DNA of 64,000 nucleotides from Candidatus Eiseniibacteriota bacterium (GCA_005893265.1 VBOX01000085.1:5017-69016), one strand, 5' to 3'. Counted from the first letter of the stretch, positions 16,774-27,008 are shown. The notes: generated by a model from the letters alone, not told the origin. A program made the numbers and translations.

Positions 16774-18138
16774 ATGGCCGGGTTCCGGCAGATCGTTCCC
16801 ACCCTCCTATCGATGCTCCTTATGGCGCTTCCCAACGCGGCGCACGCAGTGTTGGCCCAACGCGCGCCCGGCCGGGCGGAGCTCGTCATCTACAACAACG
16901 ACCTCGCCCTCGTGCGCGAGCCGTACGCACTGAAGCTCTCGCGCGGCCGAAACGAGGTGACGCTCGAGGGTGTGCCTCGCCGGATCGATTCAACCTCCGT
17001 GCGGCTCGAAGGGTACGGATTTCGGGTTCTGAGGCAGAGCTTCGATTACGACCTCTGGAGCGGTGACCGCGCCTTCCGCCGCTTCCTCGGCGACTCGATT
17101 GGGTACCGATATGGCGGCAGGACGTACCGCGGACGCCTCGTGGGAATCGAGGGAGACGATCTCTTCATCGAACGCCGCGATTCGGTCGGGGTCCTCACCA
17201 TGATGAACCGGCGCTCGCTCAGCGAGCTCGAGTTCCGGTCGAGTCCTGGCCTGGCCACCCGCCCCTCGCTTCGATGGCAGGTAGAGAGCGCGAAAGGCGG
17301 GGCTCTGCCCGCAATGCTCTCCTATCTGACCTCGGGGATCGAGTGGACGGCGGAGTACTCCGCGGAGATCGATCCGGGGGAGAAGGAAGTCGAGCTGTCA
17401 GGCTGGGCCACCATCGTGAACCGCACCGGGACGACCTACGAGGATGCCAAGGTGGCCCTGGTCGCCGGGGAGCTCCATCGCGCGGGGGAGACCCCCGACC
17501 GCGGTCCGGCCGCGGAGGAGGCAACCCCGGGGGCGCAGGCACCAGGCGCCCAGGATCTCTTTGCCTACCACTTTTACCCCGTCGCGGGCGCCATGGACCT
17601 TCCCTACCTCGAGACGACGCAGGTTCCCCTCGTGGGGCCGACACGCGTCCCCGCGCGTCGAGCCTACGTATATGACGCGGCGCGGGATGGATCGCGCGTT
17701 CGCGTGCGTCTCGAGCTCGGAAACGAGAAGTCGCAGGGTCTGGGAGTGACGCTCCCGGCGGGACGCGTGCGCGTGTACGAGGCTGGCCCGGGCGGGATGC
17801 GCGCGCTGGTCGGCGAGGACGCGATCGGCCACACCCCGGCCGGGGAGAAGGTCAAGATCCTGGCCGGTACCGCGTTCGATCTCGTGGGTGATAAAACCCG
17901 CCTATCGCACTCCCGCGTCTCGCGGAACGTGACCGAGGACGCGTACAAGATCACGATTCGAAACCGCGGCGAGAAGGCCGCGACCGTCACGGTCATGGAA
18001 ACGCTGTACGGGAACTGGGAAATCACCGCGAAATCCTCCGAGTACAGAAAGAAGGACGCCGATACGATCGAGTTCGACGTCGCGGTGGCCCCCGGCCAGT
18101 CGGCGGCCCTGACCTACACGGTTCGGTTCACGTACTAG
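16774..18138 (+). CDS. Secreted hypothetical protein (DUF4139/DUF4140-like)
   Basis: Signal peptide (LLSMLLMALPNAAHA) on a 454-aa beta-rich protein. The family assignment is from memory of the DUF4139 architecture and is uncertain. Confidence 0.45.
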   Translation: MAGFRQIVPTLLSMLLMALPNAAHAVLAQRAPGRAELVIYNNDLALVREPYALKLSRGRNEVTLEGVPRRIDSTSVRLEGYGFRVLRQSFDYDLWSGDRAFRRFLGDSIGYRYGGRTYRGRLVGIEGDDLFIERRDSVGVLTMMNRRSLSELEFRSSPGLATRPSLRWQVESAKGGALPAMLSYLTSGIEWTAEYSAEIDPGEKEVELSGWATIVNRTGTTYEDAKVALVAGELHRAGETPDRGPAAEEATPGAQAPGAQDLFAYHFYPVAGAMDLPYLETTQVPLVGPTRVPARRAYVYDAARDGSRVRVRLELGNEKSQGLGVTLPAGRVRVYEAGPGGMRALVGEDAIGHTPAGEKVKILAGTAFDLVGDKTRLSHSRVSRNVTEDAYKITIRNRGEKAATVTVMETLYGNWEITAKSSEYRKKDADTIEFDVAVAPGQSAALTYTVRFTY

Positions 18139-18147
18139 AGGAAACCG

Positions 18148-19899
18148 TTGGTGCCTTCCCCGCGCGCTTGGTGGAACGTGGCCCGGCTTCCCGCGGCGCT
18201 CGTCGCGTGCGCGGTCGTGGCCTTCGCAATCTCGACGCGAGCGCGAGCCAGCATGATCACGCCGGTCCCCGTGGCGCCGGCCGCCGAAGTGGCACAACCC
18301 AGCTGGGTCTTCTTCCGTGATCGCGGCGACCTGGCGAAGCCGGGACCCGCGCGCGACGCGGCGCTCGCCGAGGCCTCCCGGCGGATATCGCCGCGCGCGA
18401 TGATCCGACGCGCGAAAGCCGCCAGGGAAAGGGACCGCATCGCGCCGAAAGGAGCGGTCGCGACCGACCCGCTCGTCGGCGACCAGGACTTGGGGCCCGA
18501 TCCCACCTACGTTGCCGCCGTCTCCGCCCGCGGAGGCGTGATCCGCACGCGCTCGCGCTGGCTCAATGCCGTAAGCGTCGACGCATCGTCCGAAGCGCTC
18601 GAGCGGATCGGCGCGCTTCCATTCGTCGCGGGGATCCGTCCGGTCGCGTGCGAGTCGCGCGATGAGGCCGCCGCGACCGAGGCCGAATTCAACGCCGGTC
18701 CTTCCTACCTTCAGATCGACATGCTCCACGTGCCCGAGGTCCATGCGATGGGCCTTCACGGAGAGGGGATCCTCGTGTGCGTGCTCGATTCGGGATTCGA
18801 GCTCGACCACGAATCGCTGCGACAGCTCGAAGTCCGCGGGGTCCGCGATTTCGTGAACGGAGACAACGACCCGTCCTACGATCCGCGCACGGACCTGCCG
18901 ACCCAGTCGGTCCACGGCACCGCGGTTCTCTCAACGATCGGGGGCTACGCGCCGGGGAAGCTGATCGGCCCCGCGTACCGCGCCGACTATCTGCTGGGGA
19001 TGACGGAGCGCGTTGGTTCGGAGCGTCCGGTCGAGGAAGACTTCTGGTGTGCGGGGGTGGAGTGGGCCGAGGCCGAGGGGGCGGACCTGCTCACGAGCTC
19101 GCTCACCTACCACGCGTGGTATCGATGGCGCGATCTCGACGGCGGCACGGCGGTGTCGACGCGCGCCGCAAACCTCGCGCGTTCCAACGGGCTCCTCATC
19201 GTGAACGCGATCGGGAACGAAGGGCAACGGGAGGGAAGCATCGGTGCGCCCGCCGACGCCCCGGGCGCCATCTCGGTGGGCGCGGTGAACGGGATCGGCA
19301 ATCTGGCTGGGTTCAGCTCGGTGGGCCCAACTTACGACCGCCGGGTGAAGCCCGACGTGGTCGCGCCGGGTGTGGCCGTGCTGACCGCGGTGGCCCGCAC
19401 CAGGGACGCCTACGCGCGCGTGAACGGCACGTCCTTCTCGACGCCGCTCGTGGCCGGCTGCGTGGCGCTCATCATGGAGCGACATCCCGATTGGGGCCCG
19501 GAGATGGTGCGCGACGCGCTCACGATGAGCGCAAGCCGCGCCGAGAGGCCGGACACTCGATTCGGCTGGGGCGTCGTGAACGCCCGCGAGGCGGTCCTCT
19601 ATCCCCTGATCGAGGGGGTGGTCACGGACTTCCACACCCGCGAGCCGCTTGAGGGAGCGACCGTGCGATGGGAGCCCGCGGGAAGCGTCGACTCGCTCGA
19701 CGCCGCGGCCGGCGATTCGCCTCCGCGGGGCTCGGTCGAGACCGATTCCGCCGGCGCCTACGTCATCCCGAGCCTTCCGCGCGGATCCTTCAAGATCACG
19801 ATCTCGAAGACGGGATACTTCGACGCCGACGCCGGACCCTACGACGTGCCTCCGAATCTAGGCGACGCGAACGTCGCGCTTCGCTACCGGGAGAAGTGA
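18148..19899 (+). CDS. Secreted subtilisin-like serine peptidase (S8) with a C-terminal CarbopepD_reg-like beta-sandwich
   Basis: Catalytic triad motifs are present: D (VCVLDSG), H (HGTAV) and S (GTSFSTPLVAGCVAL). The N-terminal signal peptide starts at TTG 18148 or GTG 18151. A C-terminal domain of about 90 aa follows. Confidence 0.85.
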   Translation: MVPSPRAWWNVARLPAALVACAVVAFAISTRARASMITPVPVAPAAEVAQPSWVFFRDRGDLAKPGPARDAALAEASRRISPRAMIRRAKAARERDRIAPKGAVATDPLVGDQDLGPDPTYVAAVSARGGVIRTRSRWLNAVSVDASSEALERIGALPFVAGIRPVACESRDEAAATEAEFNAGPSYLQIDMLHVPEVHAMGLHGEGILVCVLDSGFELDHESLRQLEVRGVRDFVNGDNDPSYDPRTDLPTQSVHGTAVLSTIGGYAPGKLIGPAYRADYLLGMTERVGSERPVEEDFWCAGVEWAEAEGADLLTSSLTYHAWYRWRDLDGGTAVSTRAANLARSNGLLIVNAIGNEGQREGSIGAPADAPGAISVGAVNGIGNLAGFSSVGPTYDRRVKPDVVAPGVAVLTAVARTRDAYARVNGTSFSTPLVAGCVALIMERHPDWGPEMVRDALTMSASRAERPDTRFGWGVVNAREAVLYPLIEGVVTDFHTREPLEGATVRWEPAGSVDSLDAAAGDSPPRGSVETDSAGAYVIPSLPRGSFKITISKTGYFDADAGPYDVPPNLGDANVALRYREK

Positions 19900-21608
19900 A
19901 GCAGATCGCGCGTCGGGAACGAACCTTCCCACCGGATCCGGCCGCGCTTCTTGAATTCGTAACCGGGGTGTTTGCGAAGGAAGTCGATGGCGGCGTCCCG
20001 CGTGAAGATCCCGGTATCCTCGGCCGGTCCCGCCTTCTCGAACATCGTATAGCCGTCGCCGCCCCCGTACAGGAAATCGATCGTCGCGACGCGGTACACG
20101 CAATCGCTCTCCAGAATGGTGCCCCCCACGCGAATCTCCGCCGCCCGCCCGCGGCGGATCACGAACTGCACACCCGAGACCTGGGCGAATCCCCGCTTGC
20201 CCAGCCGGACCGCGATGAAATCGAGGAGCTCCCGCACCTGCCACCCCTTCATGGGGACGGTCACGACCGTGTTATCGAACGGGACCACGGTGTAGATGTC
20301 GCCCACGGTCACGGGGCCCTGGGGCAAGGGCGCGCGGATCCCGCCCGAGTTCATGATCGCGAGGTCCGCGCGCGCGGTCTCGAGGATGACGTCCGCGACA
20401 AAGTCCCCGAGGGGGGTTTCCCCTCGCTCGAGCCCGGACATGCTCACCGGGGCCGGGCTCCGGAAGACCGGCTTGTCCATAGCGGTCGCGATCGAATCTC
20501 GGAAGGGCTGGAGCATCGTCGCCACCTGGCGGTCCTCCCCATCGCCCGGACGGACGGGGATGAGCGCGCCGGTCAGGCCGCCGATTCCGCCCGGGCCGAT
20601 CGCGAGCGCGACACGCCCTACCCGCTCTCCCCAGCGGCCGGCCTGCACGATCGGCGTGCTCCGGGCCCCATTCGGATCTCGATGGGAAACGAACACGGGC
20701 TGCCAGAGAAATGTATGGCTGTGTCCTCCGACGATGAGATCGATCCCCGGGACGCGCGAGGCCAGGGCGCGGTCCACCTCGACTCCGACGTGGGTCAGGG
20801 CAACCACGAGGTCTGCTTTGGCCCTGAGCTCCGGGACGAGCGCCGACGCGACCTGAATCGGGTCGGATACCGCGACGCCCTGATTCCTGGCGCGGCTCAC
20901 GATCGATACGATCTCGCTCGTCGTGAGGCCCAGGATCGCGATCTTCAGGCCTCCCACCTCGCGCACAACGTAGGGCGTCGCGAGGTAACGGAGGGGGGCA
21001 TCGTCGGGGACCGGCGCCCCGCCGATCCACCGTGCGCCCCGGCGGACCCCGACCTGCACGGGGGAAAGCCCTTTGGCCCACGCGCTGTCCCCCGCGACGA
21101 ATACGTTGGCGCTGAGGATCGGGAATGCCGCCTCGGAACGGGTGCGAAGCCAGGCCGAGGGCCCGTCGTCCAGCTCGTGATTGCCAAGCGCGCCCGCGTC
21201 GTAGCGCATGAGGGTCATCGAGCGATAATCTGGGACTCCCCTGAAGAAGTTGTAGAGAGGAGTGCCCTGGAACACATCTCCGGCGTCCAGAAGCAGCGAT
21301 CTCCGGCTTGGGACACGCATCCGCTCGATCAGCGCGGCCCGCGCCGCCGCTCCGCCCACGACCGCCCCCTTCGAATCGTCGAAGGGAAGCAAATGCGCGT
21401 GGATGTCGTTCGTGTGAAGGATCACGAGGGAATCCGGATGGTCCGGCCAGGCCGCGAACGAATCCGGCCCGTGGGATGCCTGGAGGAGGAAGAGAGCCGC
21501 GAGAGTCGCGACGACTCGATACACGCGCCCGAGTGGGCGCACGGAGAGCGCTCCAATTTGGCGGCAGGTCGAGGGTTCCGGATGGGGGCGGCGCAAATCC
21601 CTTGACAC
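19884..21608 (-). CDS. Bifunctional metallophosphatase / 5'-nucleotidase (UshA-like)
   Basis: The metallophos motifs (ILHTNDIHAHL, DAGDVFQG, GNHELD) are followed by a 5'-nucleotidase C-terminal domain. An N-terminal signal-like segment is present. Its 3' end overlaps the convergent S8 gene by 16 nt. Confidence 0.85.
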   Translation of the reverse strand: MSRDLRRPHPEPSTCRQIGALSVRPLGRVYRVVATLAALFLLQASHGPDSFAAWPDHPDSLVILHTNDIHAHLLPFDDSKGAVVGGAAARAALIERMRVPSRRSLLLDAGDVFQGTPLYNFFRGVPDYRSMTLMRYDAGALGNHELDDGPSAWLRTRSEAAFPILSANVFVAGDSAWAKGLSPVQVGVRRGARWIGGAPVPDDAPLRYLATPYVVREVGGLKIAILGLTTSEIVSIVSRARNQGVAVSDPIQVASALVPELRAKADLVVALTHVGVEVDRALASRVPGIDLIVGGHSHTFLWQPVFVSHRDPNGARSTPIVQAGRWGERVGRVALAIGPGGIGGLTGALIPVRPGDGEDRQVATMLQPFRDSIATAMDKPVFRSPAPVSMSGLERGETPLGDFVADVILETARADLAIMNSGGIRAPLPQGPVTVGDIYTVVPFDNTVVTVPMKGWQVRELLDFIAVRLGKRGFAQVSGVQFVIRRGRAAEIRVGGTILESDCVYRVATIDFLYGGGDGYTMFEKAGPAEDTGIFTRDAAIDFLRKHPGYEFKKRGRIRWEGSFPTRDLLHFSR

Positions 21609-21831
21609 AAGTACCTGGAATTCTATATAGTTATCGTGTGTGTCGCCAAACCTCCGCGAGGCGGAGGCGTCTCCCGTAGCAACGAGCGGAACCCAGTGTA
21701 TCCTCTCTACCCCGATTCAACCTTTCCCGCATCGTCCCAACGAGCCTTTCGTTTGCTTCATCTTTGCCCCTGGCGTTACTCGCCCGCCGGGGGTTTCGTG
21801 TTTTCAAAGGCGAGGACGTCTCGGAGGCTTC

Positions 21832-22176
21832 ATGCTGGAGAACGATAAGGTAATCAAGTGTAGGGACTGTGGGGAGGAGTTCGTATTCACTGCGGGGGAG
21901 CAGGCCTTCTACAAGGAGCGCGGGTTCCAGCATGAGCCTACCCGCTGCCGGCGCTGCCGCGACGAAAAGAAGCGGCAGGGCGTGGGTGCGGTGGCGGGAG
22001 GACTCAGCGCGTCCCCGATGTCGGGTGGGATGTCCTCGCGTGAGTTTCACGAGGCGGTCTGCTCCTCGTGTGGTGTGACAACGCAGGTTCCGTTCAAACC
22101 GACGGCAGGCAAACCGGTCTACTGTCGGGACTGTTTCCAGTCTGTGCGTGCGGGAAGGGGGGTTGGAGCCTCGTAG
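21832..22176 (+). CDS. CxxC-x17-CxxC zinc-ribbon protein (two copies of the motif)
   Basis: MLENDKVIKCRDCGEEFVFTAGEQAFYKERGFQHEPTRCRRCR and ...VCSSCGVTTQVPFKPTAGKPVYCRDCF show two CxxC-x17-CxxC units. RBS GGAGG 6 nt upstream of ATG 21832. A roughly 220-nt untranslated leader precedes it. Confidence 0.6.
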   Translation: MLENDKVIKCRDCGEEFVFTAGEQAFYKERGFQHEPTRCRRCRDEKKRQGVGAVAGGLSASPMSGGMSSREFHEAVCSSCGVTTQVPFKPTAGKPVYCRDCFQSVRAGRGVGAS

Positions 22177-22225
22177 AGCCATCGAAGGTCCAATCGTACC
22201 AGGTCCGAAAGGAGGGGCCCTGGAA

Positions 22226-22435
22226 TTGAAGCACCACGGCTCGGTCAAGTGGTTCAACGAGACCAAGGGGTATGGGTTCATCCGTGAAGATTCCGGTGAG
22301 GAGTTCTTCGTTCATCACTCCGCGATTCAATGTGAGGGCTTTCGAACGCTCGCGGAAGGGGAGGTCGTCGAATTCGAATCGGTGGAGGGCCAGAACGAGA
22401 AGCAGGCCGCCAACGTCGTGAAGGTCCGGTCCTAG
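22226..22435 (+). CDS. Cold-shock protein (CspA family), probable TTG start
   Basis: GSVKWFNETKGYGFI with RNP motifs. No in-frame ATG is available; TTG at 22226 lies 10 nt after AAGGAGG. It overlaps the 3' end of the zinc-ribbon gene, suggesting co-transcription. Confidence 0.8.
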   Translation: MKHHGSVKWFNETKGYGFIREDSGEEFFVHHSAIQCEGFRTLAEGEVVEFESVEGQNEKQAANVVKVRS

Positions 22436-22459
22436 CCCGGACGGGACGAAAATCTGCGA

Positions 22460-22497
22460 CCCCGACGGGAATCCCCTCCGTCGGGGTTCGTTTTTTT
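22460..22497 (+). terminator. Rho-independent terminator (9-bp stem CCCCGACGG/CCGTCGGGG, 9-nt loop, then TTCGTTTTTTT)
   Basis: Read directly from the sequence, 25 nt after the csp stop. Confidence 0.65.
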
Positions 22498-22525
22498 CGG
22501 CCAATGCGATAGAGTTCCTCGGTCC

Positions 22526-25306
22526 ATGACCACCCGGCCGCTCGCGCTCTCGGAGGTCGTTCATCGAATGCGTCCCAACCCAGCGTTGCTCCTCCTTGCT
22601 CTGCTCCTTTGCCCGGCCCACGAGGCCGCCGCCCTGCCCGATCTCGTTCGGACACTCCCCAACAAGATCACGGTCGTCGTGCGCGAGGTTCACACCCGCC
22701 GGATCGTCTCGATCCAGGCATGGGTTCGCGCCGGAACGCGCGACGAGGCGCCGAAGGACCGCGGTCTGGCGGTCGGGACCTCGCAGTGCATGATGCAGGC
22801 GACCGCGGACCGCGATCCGGGAGCGATGCAGAAGGAGGTCTATGCGCTCGCGGGCACCTACGCGAGCGAGGCGGGCTACGATTATTCCTACTTTGACCTC
22901 ACGGTTCCGGCGCCTTCCTTCGCAAAGGGACTCAAGCTTCTCGCCGAGGGCCTGATTCACCCGCGCCTCGACGCGCCGGTCGTGGATCTGGCCTTCGGCA
23001 GGGCGAAGAGCCTGGCCCGCACGGTCCTCGCCCAAGCGGATCAGGCAGCGGTGAACGTTGTGCGCGCGCAACTGCACGACGGAACGCCGCTCGTCTCACC
23101 CCTTGCGATCCACGAGCACGAGTTTTCCGGGACGACCCCGACCCTCATCCAGCGGTTCCATCACGACTACTACGTCGCCGAGAATTTGACGCTCGTGGTC
23201 ACCGGAGACGTGGATGCGGAGGAGGTGGTCACGAAGGTAGGCGCGGCGTTCAGTGAGATGCCGCATGGGAGGGCCTCATCGCGCTCGCGTTTCAACGAGC
23301 GAGCGTTCGACGGCCCGCGCGCCGTTCTCGCGCACAATCCCCAGGATACGAACGGGGCGGCGGTCACCATCGGCTTCCGGGCTCCCGCCTGGGGAAGCGC
23401 CGACGCGCTCGCGCTCGACGTTCTCATGGCCGTGCTGGTGGACAGCCCGTCCTCACGGGCTCAAAAGCGGCTCGATTCCGGGAATGCCGAGTTCCTTCGC
23501 GCCTCGGCCATTCGACAATACGAGACGGACGGCGGCACGGTCGTGCTCTCGCTCGCGGCCGATGCCGACAGCTTGCAGGATGCGGAGGGCGCGATCTTGA
23601 CCATGGTCGAGCAGGCGCGCTCGACGCCGATCACCCCAGAGGAGCTCGAGGCCGCCGTCAGGTCCGTGTTGATGCGCGACATATTTGCGCGCATCGATCT
23701 GAGCGGGGTCGGACGCGCCACAGCGCTTGCCTTCCTGCGCGGCGCCCCCGGTTCGGAAGACGTCTACGTGCAACGTCTGAAGGCGCTCCACCCCGCGGAT
23801 CTGATCGCGGCCGCCCGAAAGTACCTCGACATGAAAGGGGCGGTGGTGGTGGAGATGGGCCCCGCCGACGTCATCGCCAAGACGAAGCAGAGCGATTTCG
23901 AGCGACGGGTTCGCGAGAAGCAAGCCGTGTATACGGCCGCCTACCGCAGCGGGCCCCAGGTGACGGCGAGCGTAGAAGCCGAGCGCCAAGCACGCGTCGA
24001 CGCGCCGCTCAAGCAGATCCCCACAAAGCCGGAGAGCGCGGGACGCGGCCGCGTCGTGCGAACGGCCCTTTCGGGAGGGGTCAGGCTCCTCACCGGCGAA
24101 GATCACAGCGCGCCGCTGGTCACGGTGGGGGTCTATCTCCTGGGAGGGGTGCGGTACGAGAACGACAAGTCGAACGGGATCACGGCGCTCGTGCGCGAGA
24201 CGCTTCTCAACTCCAACGATCCACAAGGCAAGGGGCGTAGCTACCGCCAGACGCTCGGAGCGATGGGGAAGCTGGTCTCCTACCAGGACAAGGACATGTG
24301 GGGTTGCGCGATCACGCTGCCTTCCGATTCCTGGCAGGATGCGCTCAGTCGAATGGGCACGATGTTCGCTCACCCCGATCTCGATACGGTGACCGTGGAC
24401 GCGACCCGGATCTACGTCCTCGACGAGCTCGACAACTGGCTCCACGACGACGAGGCGCAGCGCGAACGGCTCATTTTTTCGACCAAGTATCTCGTCAGCG
24501 GCTATCGGCTGCCGGCGTTGGGCTCGCACCGGACGCTCGTGAGCATCCAGCACTCGGAGATCGAGGGCTACTACCGCAAATTCGTGGTCCAGCCGAACAT
24601 GGTCGTCTGCGTCTTCGGGGACATCAACCCTTCCTCGACCCCGTCCTCTGTAGAAGCAGCGATCCGCGACGTGTCGGCGAAGCCGTTCCAACCGGGAACC
24701 GTGGCCCAAGAGGGCGATTTCGATGGATTCCGCGAGAAGTGGGAGCTGGGACAGGGCCCGAACTCGACCGTGACGCTCGCGTTTGCCGGACCGCCGGCGC
24801 GAAGCCCGGATGTCCCGGCTCTGTACGTCTTCGCCTCACTGCTGTCGGGCCCCAAGGGATGGTTCGAGCAATACATCACCAAGACGGGTGGTTCCAAGGG
24901 CACGAACGCCATCCTGTCGCAAGCCGTGGACGAGTGCCCCGTCATCGCGACCTTGACGGTGGGAGGCCCTCTTCAAGAAGAGGACATGGTCAAGCTCCTG
25001 TTCCGGCAGTTCAAGAAAGCCGCGCTCCTCCCGCTTCACGGAGATTTCGCGCCCGACCTCGTGAACGCGAAAATACTGGCCTCCGGCGGCTACCTGATGA
25101 TCCTCGATTCCAACCCGACTCGGGCCCTCCAGTTCGCACGGTCGGAGCTCTTTGGGTTGGGGATCGATTATCCGATCCTCCTGCCGGCGAAGATTGACGG
25201 CACGACCAGCGACGATATGCTTCGCATCGGGTCCAGGTATTTCCAAAAGAGTCAGTGGGATCGGGCGTCGTACGCGATTTGCGAGACGCGCCCCGGCGGC
25301 TGGTAG
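22526..25306 (+). CDS. M16 (pitrilysin/insulinase)-like protein, two tandem M16 units, zinc-binding HxxEH motif apparently absent
   Basis: 926 aa with a signal peptide. The M16 fold is recognisable, but the position expected to carry HxxEH reads GLAVGTSQCMMQAT. A non-catalytic M16 homologue or subunit is therefore likely. Confidence 0.65.
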   Translation: MTTRPLALSEVVHRMRPNPALLLLALLLCPAHEAAALPDLVRTLPNKITVVVREVHTRRIVSIQAWVRAGTRDEAPKDRGLAVGTSQCMMQATADRDPGAMQKEVYALAGTYASEAGYDYSYFDLTVPAPSFAKGLKLLAEGLIHPRLDAPVVDLAFGRAKSLARTVLAQADQAAVNVVRAQLHDGTPLVSPLAIHEHEFSGTTPTLIQRFHHDYYVAENLTLVVTGDVDAEEVVTKVGAAFSEMPHGRASSRSRFNERAFDGPRAVLAHNPQDTNGAAVTIGFRAPAWGSADALALDVLMAVLVDSPSSRAQKRLDSGNAEFLRASAIRQYETDGGTVVLSLAADADSLQDAEGAILTMVEQARSTPITPEELEAAVRSVLMRDIFARIDLSGVGRATALAFLRGAPGSEDVYVQRLKALHPADLIAAARKYLDMKGAVVVEMGPADVIAKTKQSDFERRVREKQAVYTAAYRSGPQVTASVEAERQARVDAPLKQIPTKPESAGRGRVVRTALSGGVRLLTGEDHSAPLVTVGVYLLGGVRYENDKSNGITALVRETLLNSNDPQGKGRSYRQTLGAMGKLVSYQDKDMWGCAITLPSDSWQDALSRMGTMFAHPDLDTVTVDATRIYVLDELDNWLHDDEAQRERLIFSTKYLVSGYRLPALGSHRTLVSIQHSEIEGYYRKFVVQPNMVVCVFGDINPSSTPSSVEAAIRDVSAKPFQPGTVAQEGDFDGFREKWELGQGPNSTVTLAFAGPPARSPDVPALYVFASLLSGPKGWFEQYITKTGGSKGTNAILSQAVDECPVIATLTVGGPLQEEDMVKLLFRQFKKAALLPLHGDFAPDLVNAKILASGGYLMILDSNPTRALQFARSELFGLGIDYPILLPAKIDGTTSDDMLRIGSRYFQKSQWDRASYAICETRPGGW

Positions 25307-25338
25307 CGAGCGGATTCGCGTCTTGACCGCCCACTGAT

Positions 25339-26160
25339 TTGGAGCCGGTCACCGTCATCGCCACCGTCCGAAACGAAGCCGCGTCGATCGGCGCTCTCCT
25401 CGATTCGATCCTCTCGGGTACCCGCCTTCCGGACGAGATCGTCGTGGCGGATGGCGGATCCACCGATCGAACCCTGGAGCTGCTCCGTTCCCGCGCCGCC
25501 GCGGATCCGCGGATTCACGCGGTTTCCGCTCCCGGCAACCGCTCGATCGGCCGGAACGCCGCGGTCAGGGCTTCACGCTCCCCGATCATCGCCTGTACCG
25601 ACGGCGGCGTGCAGGTCGAGCCGGAGTGGCTGGAGCGGATCACCCAACCGTTCGACGCCGACCCGGGAACCGACGTGGTCGCGGGTTTCTATTCCCCGGT
25701 GGGGACGACCTGGTTCGAGCGCGCCGCGGGCGTGATCTCCGCCCCTCGTGTCGAGGAGATCGACCCCGCGAGATTTCTCCCCTCGACGCGCTCCATCGCG
25801 TTTCGCCGCTCGGCGTGCCGCTGGCGTCCGCGTGGCGACGTGCGGTCCTTTTTCCGCCAACACAGGCGATTCGGTTTCGGGGACGGCGAGTCCCGCGTGC
25901 AGGGCTGGTTTTATGCGACCCTGGCCGCGAAGTACGTCCTGGGCGCGACTCTGTTCCTGGCCGGCTTTCCATTCCGCGCGGCGTGGTGGCTGCTCGGACT
26001 CGGCGTGCTCCTGTTCGCGGCGGGCCAGGCGCGGCGAGGGGCGGGAAGGGTAGGAATTCTGGTGTCGGCGCTGGTCGTGCCGTCCTTGAAGGTGGTCTAC
26101 GACGTGGCCTATTTGAGCGGGTACGTGCGCGGAAGGTTGAAGCCCCGGCCACCCGGCTAG
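25339..26160 (+). CDS. Family 2 glycosyltransferase-like protein with C-terminal TM helices
   Basis: VTVIATVRNEAASI....VADGGSTDRT is a GT2 N-terminal signature. The start is TTG at 25339 (ATG absent); C-terminal hydrophobic helices follow. Confidence 0.55.
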   Translation: MEPVTVIATVRNEAASIGALLDSILSGTRLPDEIVVADGGSTDRTLELLRSRAAADPRIHAVSAPGNRSIGRNAAVRASRSPIIACTDGGVQVEPEWLERITQPFDADPGTDVVAGFYSPVGTTWFERAAGVISAPRVEEIDPARFLPSTRSIAFRRSACRWRPRGDVRSFFRQHRRFGFGDGESRVQGWFYATLAAKYVLGATLFLAGFPFRAAWWLLGLGVLLFAAGQARRGAGRVGILVSALVVPSLKVVYDVAYLSGYVRGRLKPRPPG

Positions 26161-26213
26161 GCGGCTGGGCCCGGGCGGAAGAGTGCCCTCGGCCGGCGAA
26201 GGTCCGCCTACCC

Positions 26214-27008
26214 TTAACCTTCTTGTCCGACCTCTTCCGGGCCCGGACTTTCCTCGGGCCTCGGGTTGAAGATCCCGGCGAGCTCGCTTCGAAGCTGTCC
26301 CGAGTCGAGCTTCCACTTCAGCTCTCCTTTGTACGCGATCGAGATCGCACCGGTCTCCTCCGACACGACGATGACGACCGCGTCGGTCTCCTCGGCCAGG
26401 CCCAACGCGGCGCGATGCCGGGTGCCGAGAAGGGGCGAGAGCCCGCGCGTCTGGCTCAGGGGTAGGATGCAGCCGGCCGCCACGATTTGATCGCCGCGGA
26501 TGATGGCCGCGCCGTCGTGGAGGGGGGAGTGCGGTGTGAAGACCGTCTCGAGCAGCTCCGAGCTGACGCGCGCCTCGAGCTTGGTGCCGGTCTCCACATA
26601 ATTGCGAAGTCCCATGTCCCGCTCCACCACGACGAGCGCCCCGCGCCGTTCCTCGCTCATCTCCTCCACCGATTTCAAGATCTCCCCGACGACGCCGTAA
26701 CCCTCGACGCGGATGAGCGCGCGGAGAAGGCGGTTTTGGCCGATGTGGGTCAGGAGCGCGCGCAGCTCGGGCTGGAAGAGGATGACGAAGAGGATGACCC
26801 AGACCGTCTTCACGCTGTTGATGATCCAGTTCAAGGCATTCAGGCGGAACCATTGCGCCACAATCGAGACAAATCCAATGACGATGAGCCCCACGAACAT
26901 CTGCGAGGCGCGCGTGCCCTTGATCATCGCGAACAGACGGTAGAAAAGAAACGCCACGATGAGAATATCGAGGACGTCGAGGAGGATCTGAGGCTTGATC
27001 GCGATCAT
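26214..27008 (-). CDS. cdaA: Diadenylate cyclase (c-di-AMP synthase), CdaA type
   Basis: Three N-terminal TM helices precede a DAC domain with DGA (HDGAAIIRGD) and RHRAALG motifs. The ATGA overlap links it with upstream folP. Confidence 0.8.
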   Translation of the reverse strand: MIAIKPQILLDVLDILIVAFLFYRLFAMIKGTRASQMFVGLIVIGFVSIVAQWFRLNALNWIINSVKTVWVILFVILFQPELRALLTHIGQNRLLRALIRVEGYGVVGEILKSVEEMSEERRGALVVVERDMGLRNYVETGTKLEARVSSELLETVFTPHSPLHDGAAIIRGDQIVAAGCILPLSQTRGLSPLLGTRHRAALGLAEETDAVVIVVSEETGAISIAYKGELKWKLDSGQLRSELAGIFNPRPEESPGPEEVGQEG

